From: a virus
Lineage: Duplodnaviria; Caudoviricetes
Direction: 5' to 3' (one strand)
Length of the DNA stretch: 57,978 nucleotides
Virus record (IMG/VR): IMGVR_UViG_3300005253_000632
Location: 1-57,978 of that record
Shown here: positions 19,573-29,161 of the stretch, one piece after another
How the letters are laid out: each line of letters opens with the position of its first letter
Position numbering within the stretch: the stretch's first letter is position 1
Notes under the pieces: model-generated
Told to the model about the DNA's origin: nothing
Seen by the model: the letters and a program-made list of their open reading frames with translations, nothing else
Databases searched by the model: none
Made by a program: the position numbers and the translations under genes

Positions 19573-22338
19573 ATGCCTCAACGATTGCCACGTTTCGAGA
19601 AGGGTCAAGCCCTCTCCCACCGCGATCTCAACGCGCTGTCTGAAGCGATCACAGAGCAAGAGCGCGGCGACTTCCAACGCGCCAAGCGTCGCAGGGCTCC
19701 GGATTATGTGTGCAAGATTGTGGCTTTCGGGCCGGGGGGCGAGCCCGACTTCCGTGACTCGCGATACTGGGTCCGCCAAGTGCGGCTCCAGACTACGCTT
19801 CCGCCCGGCCCTGTCCCGTCCGGGATGCAAGAGATCGCATTCGGCACAAGCACGCCGATATGGGCCGAAGCGATCAACTTGTCTGAGGCGATTGGCGGCA
19901 CACATTCGTTGCCGCCCGGTACAATCGTCCGCATTTTCGAGGCCCGCGACTGGGCAGGCCAGACGCACTTCGTCTTCACGATCCAAGCCGGGGTAACGGG
20001 TGCCTGTTGCTTGCCACCGGGACACAAGGACGGACCCTGTGCCGACAACTGGCCAGAAAGCAAGTGTGATGATGAGGATGGCGAATGGGTTGGGCCGAAC
20101 ACCACGTGCGATCCCGATCCGTGCAAAGGCGCCTGCTGCCTCGGGGCAAATAACGCGACTTGTGTCCCGAATCAGACACAGGCTGATTGCGAGGTTGAAG
20201 GCGGGATCTTCGTTGGCGTCGGCACGGGCTGTGTACCCGACCCGTGTGAAACAACGCCCGGAGCGTGCTGTTTCGGCGAGAGTTGCGTACGCGACCAAAC
20301 CCAGGCCGAATGCCAGGGCGAGGGCGGCGTGTGGCAAGGGCCGGGCGTGCCCTGTGACCCCAATCCCTGCCTCGATCCTGATCCTGAACCCGGTGGGGCC
20401 TGTTGCGTTGGCGAGGTATGCCACCCGAACGAGACCGAAGAGAGCTGCTGCCTGCGCGGCGGCGAATGGCAAGGCCCGGCCGTACCGTGCTTTCCCAACC
20501 CGTGCGGCGAAACGGCCGGCTCTTGCTGTACCGGCCCGAACTTCAATACCTGCGTGCCCAATGTCACGCGGGGCAAGTGTTGCGTATTCAACGGCGGGGT
20601 CGGCCACTGGAATGGTCCGGGTTCAACCTGCGGACCGCCCGATCCATGCAATATACCGCCGACGGTGGGAGCGTGCTGCTGCGGTACCACATTCCCGCAG
20701 ACCTGTACGCCCAACCAAACTAGCGAACAATGCCTGGGCGAATCAGATTGCCAATGGTATCCGGGCGAGCCGTGTACGCCACCGCAGTGCCTCGGCGAGC
20801 CGCCCACGGTCGGCGCCTGCTGTGAGCCCGGTTCATTGCCGCAGGCTTGTCACGAAGACTGGACGCAGGTTCAATGTGCGGCAATCGACGGTAGATGGTT
20901 CCCCGGACAGCCCTGCACGCCGCCCGAATGCGAGGGCGAGCCGCCCGAGACGGGAGCTTGCTGCCCGTCGCCCGGCAACGTGCCTTGCATTATAAGTACA
21001 GAAGCGGATTGCGACGGCGGCTACTTAGGCGACGGCACCAATTGCGGGCCGCCCGATCCATGCATTGATCCCACTTCCGGTATCTGTTGCATCGGCCCTG
21101 CGCCACCGGGTGGCCAAGAAACTTGCGTCGAGGCTGATAACGAGGCTTCGTGTATCGGCCAAGACGGTACCTGGCATCCCGGCATTCCCAATTGTGGGCC
21201 GCCGAATCCATGTCCGTCCGCACCCGCGCTTGAGGCGTGTTGTATGACGGGCAGCGGGGCGCCCGGCCAACCGGAAGATTGCTTCGAGTTCACGCCGCAA
21301 GATTGCGAGTTGTTTGATGGTGTCCCGCAGGGACCCGGAAGTACATGCACGCCCAATCTATGTCCGATCCATCCCTTCCACGGCGCGTGTTGCTTCCCTG
21401 AGCCGGTGCCGCCACCGGGCGATCAGCAACAATGCGTAGATGACATTCACGAGCTCGAATGCATTGCCGGCGGTGGAGTGTGGCAGGGCGACAACACAGA
21501 CTGTTTCCCAAACCCGTGTCCATCGACACCGATCGGCGCATGTTGTTTCGGGCAAGAATGCGTCTCGAATCTGACTGAGGAGCAATGCCTGAAACAAGAT
21601 GGGAGATGGATAGGCAACCCGGGAGGCCTGCGAGATCCATGCGATCCGAATCCATGCCCCACAATAGAGCCTACTCCGGGTGCCTGTTGTGCGCCGCCGA
21701 GCATTACGCCGGCGCCGGACATTTGCATTGATAATCTGAGCCGCGAGGAATGCGAGCACGGCGAGCAGGGCACCTGGCAAGGGCCGGGCAGCGTTTGTGC
21801 CATGATCGACTGCAATGAGACCGGGGCCTGTTGCTTCCCATCCGGCTCCTGTATCGACGACCAGACGGAGAGCGACTGCATCGGAGAAGGCGGTCAATGG
21901 ATGGGGCCGGGCACGCTGTGTGCTGAGGTTGTATGCGGCGGAGAGGCCATTGACTGCTGCTTGCCGGATTGCACTTGTCAGATGGTCGGCGACGATGCTG
22001 CCTGCCTTGACCTCGGCGGTGAGCCGCATCCCATTGGCTTCTGTGCTGCCAATATGTGCTGTGTAGCCTGTTGCCGATTTATTCAGCAAGATTGTGTCGA
22101 TGCTCGAACATGTTTTGATTGCGAACAGGACGGATATGCGTGCCTCGGTGAAGGCACGAGCTGCGCAACCCATGAAAACGACTGCGAAATCTGCTGCTGC
22201 TTGGGTGAGACCAATGGCGAACCCTGCGGGCCGATCGTGTGTCCGCAAATAGATTGCGCCTGTACTGGCAGGACATCGCTCGACTGCAACAAGCTCGGAG
22301 GCGTCATCTCCGTCGTCAATTGCTGTATCCTGCCCTGA
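19573..22338 (+). CDS. Tail-region protein with ~17 Cys-rich GACC repeats
   Basis: ~140 aa N-domain followed by repeats GACC-x-C-x-C-x-GxWxG-x-C-PxPC. Confidence 0.85.
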   Translation: MPQRLPRFEKGQALSHRDLNALSEAITEQERGDFQRAKRRRAPDYVCKIVAFGPGGEPDFRDSRYWVRQVRLQTTLPPGPVPSGMQEIAFGTSTPIWAEAINLSEAIGGTHSLPPGTIVRIFEARDWAGQTHFVFTIQAGVTGACCLPPGHKDGPCADNWPESKCDDEDGEWVGPNTTCDPDPCKGACCLGANNATCVPNQTQADCEVEGGIFVGVGTGCVPDPCETTPGACCFGESCVRDQTQAECQGEGGVWQGPGVPCDPNPCLDPDPEPGGACCVGEVCHPNETEESCCLRGGEWQGPAVPCFPNPCGETAGSCCTGPNFNTCVPNVTRGKCCVFNGGVGHWNGPGSTCGPPDPCNIPPTVGACCCGTTFPQTCTPNQTSEQCLGESDCQWYPGEPCTPPQCLGEPPTVGACCEPGSLPQACHEDWTQVQCAAIDGRWFPGQPCTPPECEGEPPETGACCPSPGNVPCIISTEADCDGGYLGDGTNCGPPDPCIDPTSGICCIGPAPPGGQETCVEADNEASCIGQDGTWHPGIPNCGPPNPCPSAPALEACCMTGSGAPGQPEDCFEFTPQDCELFDGVPQGPGSTCTPNLCPIHPFHGACCFPEPVPPPGDQQQCVDDIHELECIAGGGVWQGDNTDCFPNPCPSTPIGACCFGQECVSNLTEEQCLKQDGRWIGNPGGLRDPCDPNPCPTIEPTPGACCAPPSITPAPDICIDNLSREECEHGEQGTWQGPGSVCAMIDCNETGACCFPSGSCIDDQTESDCIGEGGQWMGPGTLCAEVVCGGEAIDCCLPDCTCQMVGDDAACLDLGGEPHPIGFCAANMCCVACCRFIQQDCVDARTCFDCEQDGYACLGEGTSCATHENDCEICCCLGETNGEPCGPIVCPQIDCACTGRTSLDCNKLGGVISVVNCCILP

Positions 22339-22355
22339 CCCCAGAAAGGAATCCC

Positions 22356-22940
22356 ATGTTCACCCTCAAGCAAACCCAGTCATTTCTGCGCGCCGTGCTC
22401 AGCGGCCGGGACAAGACGCTGCAAGCAGAACGCGATGCCGTATGCGACGGCTGCGATCAGTACATCGAGCGGCCCGCGAAAAACATCTGGGGCAAGCTCA
22501 AGATGCAGGGCTTCTGCAAAGCCTGTGGCTGCGGAGCGCGGTCGATGGCCGACATGAAGGGCGGCAAGAACGCCTTCCGAGACATGAAGTGCCCAATGGC
22601 CCGATGGCCGGGCGACGCAGAGAGCATGGGCCTGACACTTAAAGAGGTCAACCTGCTGTTCGGAGCCAAGGACCGGCTCGAATACAACATGGCGTCGGTG
22701 CAGAATCTCATCGACAAACAAAAGCCAATGGACCCGGCGCTGCAGGCCATGATCTTCGGCCAGCCGCTGGCAGGAAAAGCCGCGGCGGGCGTGGCGGATG
22801 CAAGCAGGCCGCAGGCCTTGCCCGCCAAACAATGCCGCCGCCCTACTCCTTGCAAGAGCCGGTCGCCGAAGCCTAAGCCATTGCGCGATCCACAGGACGC
22901 GCTGGCCAACGCGCAACACGAAAACCTCGCAAGCGCCTAA
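22356..22940 (+). CDS. Cys-motif protein (CxxC, CxxCGC, KCP..W)
   Basis: AAAGGA RBS; R..VCDGC, FCKACGC, KCPMARW. Confidence 0.7.
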   Translation: MFTLKQTQSFLRAVLSGRDKTLQAERDAVCDGCDQYIERPAKNIWGKLKMQGFCKACGCGARSMADMKGGKNAFRDMKCPMARWPGDAESMGLTLKEVNLLFGAKDRLEYNMASVQNLIDKQKPMDPALQAMIFGQPLAGKAAAGVADASRPQALPAKQCRRPTPCKSRSPKPKPLRDPQDALANAQHENLASA

Positions 22941-22970
22941 ACACCAACACAACACCCTGGGGAGGGAATC

Positions 22971-23873
22971 ATGGCCGATACATTTTGGGATAATAACGCC
23001 GGGGCTGGCGACAACACTTGGGATGGCGCAGTAAGTCAATGGAGCACGGGCGCCTTCCCGGTTACTGGCGACGATGCCCTGTTCACCGACGTGCGCTCGT
23101 CTGCAAATCTGAATGGCACCACGGTGATCGAGGCTACCTGGCCCGACAACATTTTCTTCAATCGCTACTCGGGCAATGTGGGATCGACCGGCACACACTT
23201 GATCCTGGACGATGCGGCCGGCAGCGAGACGCTTGACGAGCTGCGCATCGAGAACTGCACCGGCAAGTTTTTCATCGACTTCAATGAGGCGGCGGGTGAC
23301 AACGTAGTCACCGACACCTTTGTGAACGTGTCGGGGCAAGCGCCCGATCAAATCAACTTGGGCGGCGCGGCCGCTTTCACGAATGTCCACCTACTTCGAG
23401 GTAGAACCAACCTCGGGCAAACAGGTGTCATCACCGACCTGTGGGTAGCGCACAGCACGACACCTCGCGACGTTCATGCCGACATTTCGTCGGGCACCAC
23501 GGTCACAAATGTTCGCCAGGGCGGCGGGCGGGTTACGTGTGCGTCAGCCCAAGCCATCACGCTATGGATGCAGCAGGGCGGCACAACGCTGCTCACCGGC
23601 AGCAACACGATCACCGACTATTACGTGATGTCCGGCAACCTGCGAATCGACGGTAGCGGCACAGTGCTGGTCATCAGCAATCTTTACGTCAAATCCGGCA
23701 TGGTCGATCTGACCAGAACGGGGAACCTGCGCACGCTCACCAATATCTATGTCTGGCCGGGTGCGACGATTGACATGCGCGGCGTCGAGCCGTTCATCAC
23801 GAACACGAAGAGAGTTCAATACGGCACCGGCAAGTTTCTCGGCAATCTTCAGCCCACGCAGACCTTCGCATAA
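22971..23873 (+). CDS. Putative beta-helix virion protein
   Basis: W...A.D..W....W start; repeating Gly/Thr/Asn beta motifs. Confidence 0.6.
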   Translation: MADTFWDNNAGAGDNTWDGAVSQWSTGAFPVTGDDALFTDVRSSANLNGTTVIEATWPDNIFFNRYSGNVGSTGTHLILDDAAGSETLDELRIENCTGKFFIDFNEAAGDNVVTDTFVNVSGQAPDQINLGGAAAFTNVHLLRGRTNLGQTGVITDLWVAHSTTPRDVHADISSGTTVTNVRQGGGRVTCASAQAITLWMQQGGTTLLTGSNTITDYYVMSGNLRIDGSGTVLVISNLYVKSGMVDLTRTGNLRTLTNIYVWPGATIDMRGVEPFITNTKRVQYGTGKFLGNLQPTQTFA

Positions 23874-24205
23874 TGCCTTCACCAACCGATCCAGGTTTTC
23901 AGAAACGAGTCACTGTGTCCGAAGCGGGCAGGCCGAAACAGCTTGCGCCGGACGGGACACCGGCTGGCGTGTTTCGTGTTGTGGCGCTGAGCACCAATAC
24001 GGACAAGATCGGTCTGGGCGGTGAGCCGGACTGGTCGCTCGCCGATGACCGCCGCCTAGTTGACGGACCTATCTCGGCAGCCGCGACGCAAAATGTGCCG
24101 CTCTATGACCCGGGCTACGGCCGGACCATACGCGGCGATCTCAGTAAGTGGTGGGTAGACGTGCGAGTCGCTAACGAAGGCGTGTGCTGGGTTCGGATTG
24201 AATAA
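23873..24205 (+). CDS. Putative small virion protein
   Basis: TAATG coupling; DLSKWWVD...NEGV.W motif. Confidence 0.6.
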   Translation: MPSPTDPGFQKRVTVSEAGRPKQLAPDGTPAGVFRVVALSTNTDKIGLGGEPDWSLADDRRLVDGPISAAATQNVPLYDPGYGRTIRGDLSKWWVDVRVANEGVCWVRIE

Positions 24206-24214
24206 GGGGAGATA

Positions 24215-26281
24215 ATGGCAAAACACATGCAGGAAGAACTGACACCTCTCAATCCGATCAAGATTCAGGGCGATACCATCGGCCTAGACGAGCGGATCGT
24301 CAACCTGCTCAAGTTCTTTAACGGGACATTCTTGGAGTTCTTTGATGCGCTGGTGACCAGCGACGGCGCCACGGTCACTATGTCGCTTGAGAAATCGGGC
24401 GGCGGCGATCTGACCACCGTATTCAGCGACAGGCACCGCAACTTTGATTGCACGCCCGCCGCCACGATTGCGCTGACTCCGGGAACCGATGAAGCCCCGC
24501 AACTCAATTATGTATACATCCTGCAATCTGCGCCGGCTGTGCTGGTCAAGAGCATAAGCGATTGGCCGTCCGCAGAGCACATTCGGGTGGGTATATTCTT
24601 TGTTCCCACGGCAGGGCTGGTCAACACGGGCGCGGCGGGGAACAATTTCCTCCTAATCAACCAAAACATAAATGAGGAGGCCGCGACTGCTGACGGGCAA
24701 GGGCACTTGACACACATCATGGACAGGTTGCGACACGGCGGTGGCATGGGAGGGCTATGGCACACCGGGTGTTTGGGCACAGCCACACAAGACGGTAATG
24801 ATCTTTGGGTTGATATTGCGGCCGGAACCGTAGCACAAGTTCATCATCACGATTTCCCGGCGCTTGATTCTGACACTGCGGGTGCAGGCGATCCGATTGT
24901 CGTAGTCAATGACCCCGACGCAGCCTACGCCATCATCAATAGCCTGAACGCGATTACGAAGCTGTCTACTGGCGTCGCAATCGGGAACAACAAATTTGTG
25001 AAGTTTGTGCTCTCTGCTGTCGCGAACAAGACGGGTGCGGTTAGTCCGATGCTCCTGAAGCTGCCGGGCGGCCTATACAACACGGCCGCCGACGCAGCCA
25101 CAGACGTTGAGGGTTATGCCGACTTCTCAATTCCTGATGAATTTCTCATACAGTCGTCCACGGGTTTTCTCATTGCGTCATTCGTATGCAAGCACACGGC
25201 CACTGGGATGGAGCTTCAGTCTACGGTAGACCTGCGCGGCCAGACCCCTACATCACTGAGTATCGGCGGCTCCATTGCCGGCGGCGGCAACGTGACGGCT
25301 GCGGCGAACCTGACTGATAACGCCCTCATTCGCGGCGACGGCGGGGCCAAGGGCATCCAGGACAGCGGCTGGCTGCTGGACGATAGCGATAATATGCTGA
25401 TCCCGGCTGGAGGCAGTATTGCTTTTACGGACGTCAGTACCTCCATTTCTGCGGTCACCGGGAATCTCAATTCGTTGGTCGCCGGGGGAAATAGTTTCAT
25501 TTGGGGAATCGGGTTCACTGACGAGTTAATACTGTTTGAGAATCGCCTGGAGTTCAAGCAGGTTTTCCAGGACGTTGGATTTGGATGGGCAACCGCTTCT
25601 GAGCTTGACGTAGAAATCGACGGCGTACCCCAAGTCACCTTCACCGATGGCACGTTCGAGCCGGTGACGACGAACGATATCGACATCGGCTCGCTAACGG
25701 TGCTGTTCAAAGATGGGCACCTCGCTGGCTCGCTGTTTTTCCGCGATGCCGCCATTCACATTTCTTCGGACAACGACGGCGATCTTGACCTTGAGGCTGA
25801 CGTAAGCATCGACTTCGAGATCGGCGGCACGGAGGAAATGACGCTGACCAGTGCCGGCCTTGACGTGACGAACCTTTGTAAAGCAGAGACCTTTGAAAGC
25901 GACGTGGCGGGTGGCACGGCTCCGATCGTGGTCGCAAGCACCACAGTGGTTCCGAACCTCAATGTTGACCAAGTGGACGGCAAGGATTCGACGGACCTGG
26001 TGCTCGTTGACGGCTCGCAGCCGCTGACCGCCGATTGGGATGCGGGGGCGTTCAGCATTCGGGCGGGGGGCTTCCGCGTAGACGGCGATGGGGGCACCGA
26101 GGCGGGCACGATAACTTTCACAAATGTTGAAGCTAATGCAGGAACGGGGGGAGTTCCTACGTTTGCGGCGGGCGTACAAATAGCCACGGGCAAAGAGGCT
26201 TCGCCTGCCGGAGCGGCCCCAACAGATTGGCTGAAAATTCGCACGCCGGCCGGCGCGAAGTGGTTGTTACTGTGGACCTAA
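24215..26281 (+). CDS. Putative tail fibre / receptor-binding protein
   Basis: TDNALIR.DG...IQDSG, AP..VAS.T.V.NLN.D.VDG, DGS.PLTADWDAG fibre motifs. Confidence 0.7.
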   Translation: MAKHMQEELTPLNPIKIQGDTIGLDERIVNLLKFFNGTFLEFFDALVTSDGATVTMSLEKSGGGDLTTVFSDRHRNFDCTPAATIALTPGTDEAPQLNYVYILQSAPAVLVKSISDWPSAEHIRVGIFFVPTAGLVNTGAAGNNFLLINQNINEEAATADGQGHLTHIMDRLRHGGGMGGLWHTGCLGTATQDGNDLWVDIAAGTVAQVHHHDFPALDSDTAGAGDPIVVVNDPDAAYAIINSLNAITKLSTGVAIGNNKFVKFVLSAVANKTGAVSPMLLKLPGGLYNTAADAATDVEGYADFSIPDEFLIQSSTGFLIASFVCKHTATGMELQSTVDLRGQTPTSLSIGGSIAGGGNVTAAANLTDNALIRGDGGAKGIQDSGWLLDDSDNMLIPAGGSIAFTDVSTSISAVTGNLNSLVAGGNSFIWGIGFTDELILFENRLEFKQVFQDVGFGWATASELDVEIDGVPQVTFTDGTFEPVTTNDIDIGSLTVLFKDGHLAGSLFFRDAAIHISSDNDGDLDLEADVSIDFEIGGTEEMTLTSAGLDVTNLCKAETFESDVAGGTAPIVVASTTVVPNLNVDQVDGKDSTDLVLVDGSQPLTADWDAGAFSIRAGGFRVDGDGGTEAGTITFTNVEANAGTGGVPTFAAGVQIATGKEASPAGAAPTDWLKIRTPAGAKWLLLWT

Positions 26282-26505
26282 AGAGAACCGGCAAGTGCTG
26301 CCACAACGGCGCCTGCTGCAAATGGGAAACGGCCAAGGGGCTGGAGATGTTCAAAGACAGGCGAGACGAAAAACGCGAGTGGTGCCCGCACTATGACCCG
26401 ACAGTGAAGGTGAACCATTGTACGATTTACGATGACCGACCCGAAGGATGCCGAATGTTCCCCCGCGTGGCCGCGCACCTACTCCCCGGCTGCGGATTCC
26501 ACTGA
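26272..26505 (+). CDS. YkgJ-like (CxxCxxCC) cysteine-cluster protein
   Basis: GKCCHNGACC...CPHY...CTIYDDRP..CR.FP. Confidence 0.7.
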   Translation: MDLKRTGKCCHNGACCKWETAKGLEMFKDRRDEKREWCPHYDPTVKVNHCTIYDDRPEGCRMFPRVAAHLLPGCGFH

Positions 26506-26542
26506 TTACTGATTACCGACTACCGACTACTGGAGCCCCCCA

Positions 26543-26716
26543 ATGACACCCGATCAAGCAATCGAATTGTTGTACTCAGCGAGCACGCTGGCCAAGCTGA
26601 CAAAAGAAGATCACGTCAAATGTGAACAGGCCAGAGCGACGCTGCTCAACGCGCTGCGCACGCCGGACCAGGCCGACCAAAAGGAGCTACGAATTGTGCC
26701 CCCCGACGAAAGCTAA
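26543..26716 (+). CDS. Small hypothetical protein (57 aa, not in ORF track)
   Basis: GGAG RBS; MTPDQAIELL... Confidence 0.55.
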   Translation: MTPDQAIELLYSASTLAKLTKEDHVKCEQARATLLNALRTPDQADQKELRIVPPDES

Positions 26717-26897
26717 CGCCGCTGCCTGGCTCCCGATCATCCTAGCGTTCGGCGGCATCATTGCGTGGGGCGCGCAGACCAACAACAAAGTGGAGCGGCT
26801 GGAAACCGACATGGCCGCAGTGGCCAACGCTCTGCCCGAAATACAGGAATCGCTTACTCGAATCGAAACCGTTTTAGACATCAGGAGAACACCATGA
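26694..26897 (+). CDS. Holin-like TM plus coiled-coil protein
   Basis: AAGGAG RBS; one TM then LE.....L..I...L.RIE. Confidence 0.45.
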   Translation: MCPPTKANAAAWLPIILAFGGIIAWGAQTNNKVERLETDMAAVANALPEIQESLTRIETVLDIRRTP

Positions 26898-27006
26898 GCA
26901 CAGAGAAACTGATCGCACTTGCATTGAGCCTGTTGGGGCCGGCGTTGGCAGCAGCGGGATGCAGTATGGACCTACCGAACCTTCTACTTTGAAAGGAGCA
27001 TGAGCA

Positions 27007-27444
27007 ATGCCAAAGAATCAACCGAGTGCAGACAGCGATAGCGAACAGGCCGGGGCCGCAACGCGCGGAACAGAAGCGGGCGGGGCGGCGGAAGTCGTTG
27101 CAGCCGGAGCGGGAGCGGGCGTAGCACAGTCCGGCGCGGGCGCGCAGTACGGTGTTGCGGGCGCCGAAGGCGTATCCGATATCGGGCAAGCCGAAGCCCA
27201 GATCAGAGAAAGCGTCCGAGCTTCCCAGAACAGCGGCGATCTCGATCAGTTCGTCCGGGCACACTATGCGCGGCAACTGTCCAACGCTGAGGACTACGAC
27301 AAGACGCTCAACAGCCTCAATCAGACTCAGCGCGAAATCACTGTCAAGCATGACGACGCCACCGACACCATCACGCTGGCCCAGCTTGCCAATGCGCTCA
27401 CCGTGCTGGGGCTCAAGCTATCAACGGAGGCACTCAAGAAATGA
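27007..27444 (+). CDS. Hypothetical Ala/Gly-rich protein
   Basis: AAAGGAG RBS. Confidence 0.65.
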   Translation: MPKNQPSADSDSEQAGAATRGTEAGGAAEVVAAGAGAGVAQSGAGAQYGVAGAEGVSDIGQAEAQIRESVRASQNSGDLDQFVRAHYARQLSNAEDYDKTLNSLNQTQREITVKHDDATDTITLAQLANALTVLGLKLSTEALKK

Positions 27445-27704
27445 TGAAACGATTTTCAGCAATTCTGGCGGCCGGCCTTGTGACCTTGGCCTGCCTGGGC
27501 TGCCATACGCGCAATACAGGCGACGGCAGTTTCGCGATGACGTTCGGCACAACGCTGACGTTCTCGCACAATGGGCCGGAAGAGGGCGAATCGCAAGTGG
27601 GCATAGACGTGGAAGAGTGGATGCGACGCCCGGTAATTGAATGGCTCGTTGACGATGAGCAGTCCATCGACGACGAGCAGTCCATCGAAACGGACGTCGA
27701 ATGA
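27441..27704 (+). CDS. Putative lipoprotein
   Basis: KR, hydrophobic core, LGC lipobox; DDEQSI tandem duplication. Confidence 0.6.
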   Translation: MMKRFSAILAAGLVTLACLGCHTRNTGDGSFAMTFGTTLTFSHNGPEEGESQVGIDVEEWMRRPVIEWLVDDEQSIDDEQSIETDVE

Positions 27705-27733
27705 AAACGGGTGCCGGGCCGGACAGTCATAGC

Positions 27734-28144
27734 CCGACACCCTCGGAGGGGAGAGACTCTATTTCTGAATGAAACCTCGTTGCGATCACCAACTGCGCGG
27801 CTAACGACAGGACTTATAGCGTGACTAACAGCTCCGGGGGGCCGATGGTCGGCCAAGGTGCTTAACTAGGCCCCCGTGTTGAGACTGACTGCACGACTGA
27901 TCGCCTGACTAACTGCACGACTGATGTCTTGATCGCTTCCCGTGAACTCTTCTTTGGGAATCTTCAGGGTCATTACATATGGCATTTTGATTATCACCTC
28001 CTTTCCTGTTATCTCAAGGTTGTCATACTGGACTCGGAGGTCGGTTGTGAACCCCGCTTCTCGCATATGGTCATTCACCAGTTGTAGCATCTCAAAGAGT
28101 TTTTCCATGTGATATCCTTTCAGTTTCCGACACCCTCGGAGGGG
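27734..28144. repeat. 18 bp direct repeat CCGACACCCTCGGAGGGG (27734-27751, 28127-28144) bracketing one gene
   Basis: Exact match read from sequence. Confidence 0.85.
27866..28108 (-). CDS. Hypothetical protein between the direct repeats
   Basis: AAAGGA RBS; visibly lower GC. Confidence 0.65.
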   Translation of the reverse strand: MEKLFEMLQLVNDHMREAGFTTDLRVQYDNLEITGKEVIIKMPYVMTLKIPKEEFTGSDQDISRAVSQAISRAVSLNTGA

Positions 28145-28150
28145 GGAAGC

Positions 28151-28807
28151 CTAATAGTGCGGGCCGCGCCAACGTCCTACCCACACCCAATCATGGATAT
28201 GCTGCCATTGCGGCAAGCCCACCTCTAAAATGTCGCCGTCAAAATGTTCCCAAAAGGACGCCGGGGCATTGCAGCCGCCGTCGCCTTCCCCGATGTAAAC
28301 GAGCGGGCGTGGCCCATGCCACCTGCAAGCCTCGACTATGGCGTCGCATTCATAGGGCGGCCACGAAACGATCAGCACGTCTGCCCGATAGCGCTTGACC
28401 GCCTTGACGGCGGGCACCTTGCGAACGGGGAACACTGGCGGCGTTGGCCAGTCCTGTTCTCGATTGTCCGTGGCGATACACCGCACGCCATGCAGGCCCA
28501 GCGCCTTGCACAGCCAGCCGTTGCCGGCCATGATTTCCAGCACCGTTCGGCGGCCGATCCAATCGGCAAGCCGCGAGGTCCATTGCATGTCTACCAGCGC
28601 CCACATGCCGAAGCGAAGCGTCGCAAGGTCGCGAGCATCACAGTCGCGCATCAATATGGAGCGTTCCTCTGTGTCGAATCTTGACAAGAAGTCCGCCCGC
28701 AAACAGCCAAACTCATCGGTAGTGATCGGAATCCGATCTGGAACCCGCCGACATTCTAAGTCGTTCAAGAAGCGGGCCGTCTGGGGGCTGCGGAGCCTGC
28801 CTGTCAT
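28151..28807 (-). CDS. Class I SAM methyltransferase-like protein (start uncertain)
   Basis: VLEIMAGNGW, ATD, SWPPY, YIGE..GGC. Confidence 0.7.
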   Translation of the reverse strand: MTGRLRSPQTARFLNDLECRRVPDRIPITTDEFGCLRADFLSRFDTEERSILMRDCDARDLATLRFGMWALVDMQWTSRLADWIGRRTVLEIMAGNGWLCKALGLHGVRCIATDNREQDWPTPPVFPVRKVPAVKAVKRYRADVLIVSWPPYECDAIVEACRWHGPRPLVYIGEGDGGCNAPASFWEHFDGDILEVGLPQWQHIHDWVWVGRWRGPHY

Positions 28808-29069
28808 GTTGCTCACCATTTTCTCAGGCTGCCTGGGCGGCGCGCGCGCCAACCCGGAAAACACGCAAGAGCTGCGCGACATTGTTGCCGAAACCGTCGA
28901 GACTACCACCAACACCATCTACGGCGACGCCAAATGGGTGGTGCTGGGGATGTTGGGGCTCGTGCTCTTGGCAGCGCTGGCATGGATCGCAGAGCGCGTT
29001 CTCGCTCGGCGCCACAAGCGCGAGACGACCAGGATGCTGCAACAAATAGCGGGCGATCAACGGGGCTAA
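28722..29069 (+). CDS. Putative lipoprotein with C-terminal TM (start uncertain)
   Basis: LLTIFSGC lipobox-like plus WVVLGMLGLVLLAALAW helix. Confidence 0.5.
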   Translation: MIGIRSGTRRHSKSFKKRAVWGLRSLPVMLLTIFSGCLGGARANPENTQELRDIVAETVETTTNTIYGDAKWVVLGMLGLVLLAALAWIAERVLARRHKRETTRMLQQIAGDQRG

Positions 29070-29161
29070 TGCCACGCAACTACCTCCGCCTAAACGATAA
29101 ACAGAATATCGCCGCCGCAAGCAACACGATGCAGAGCGAGTTCGCGTCCACTTGGCTCAGG

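Noticed and set aside
19453-22248. Long alternative ORFs over the GACC gene (e.g. 19453..20607 -, 20000..20995 +, 21358..22248 -)
   Set aside because: Shadow ORFs expected from GC-rich repetitive coding DNA; no motifs or RBS
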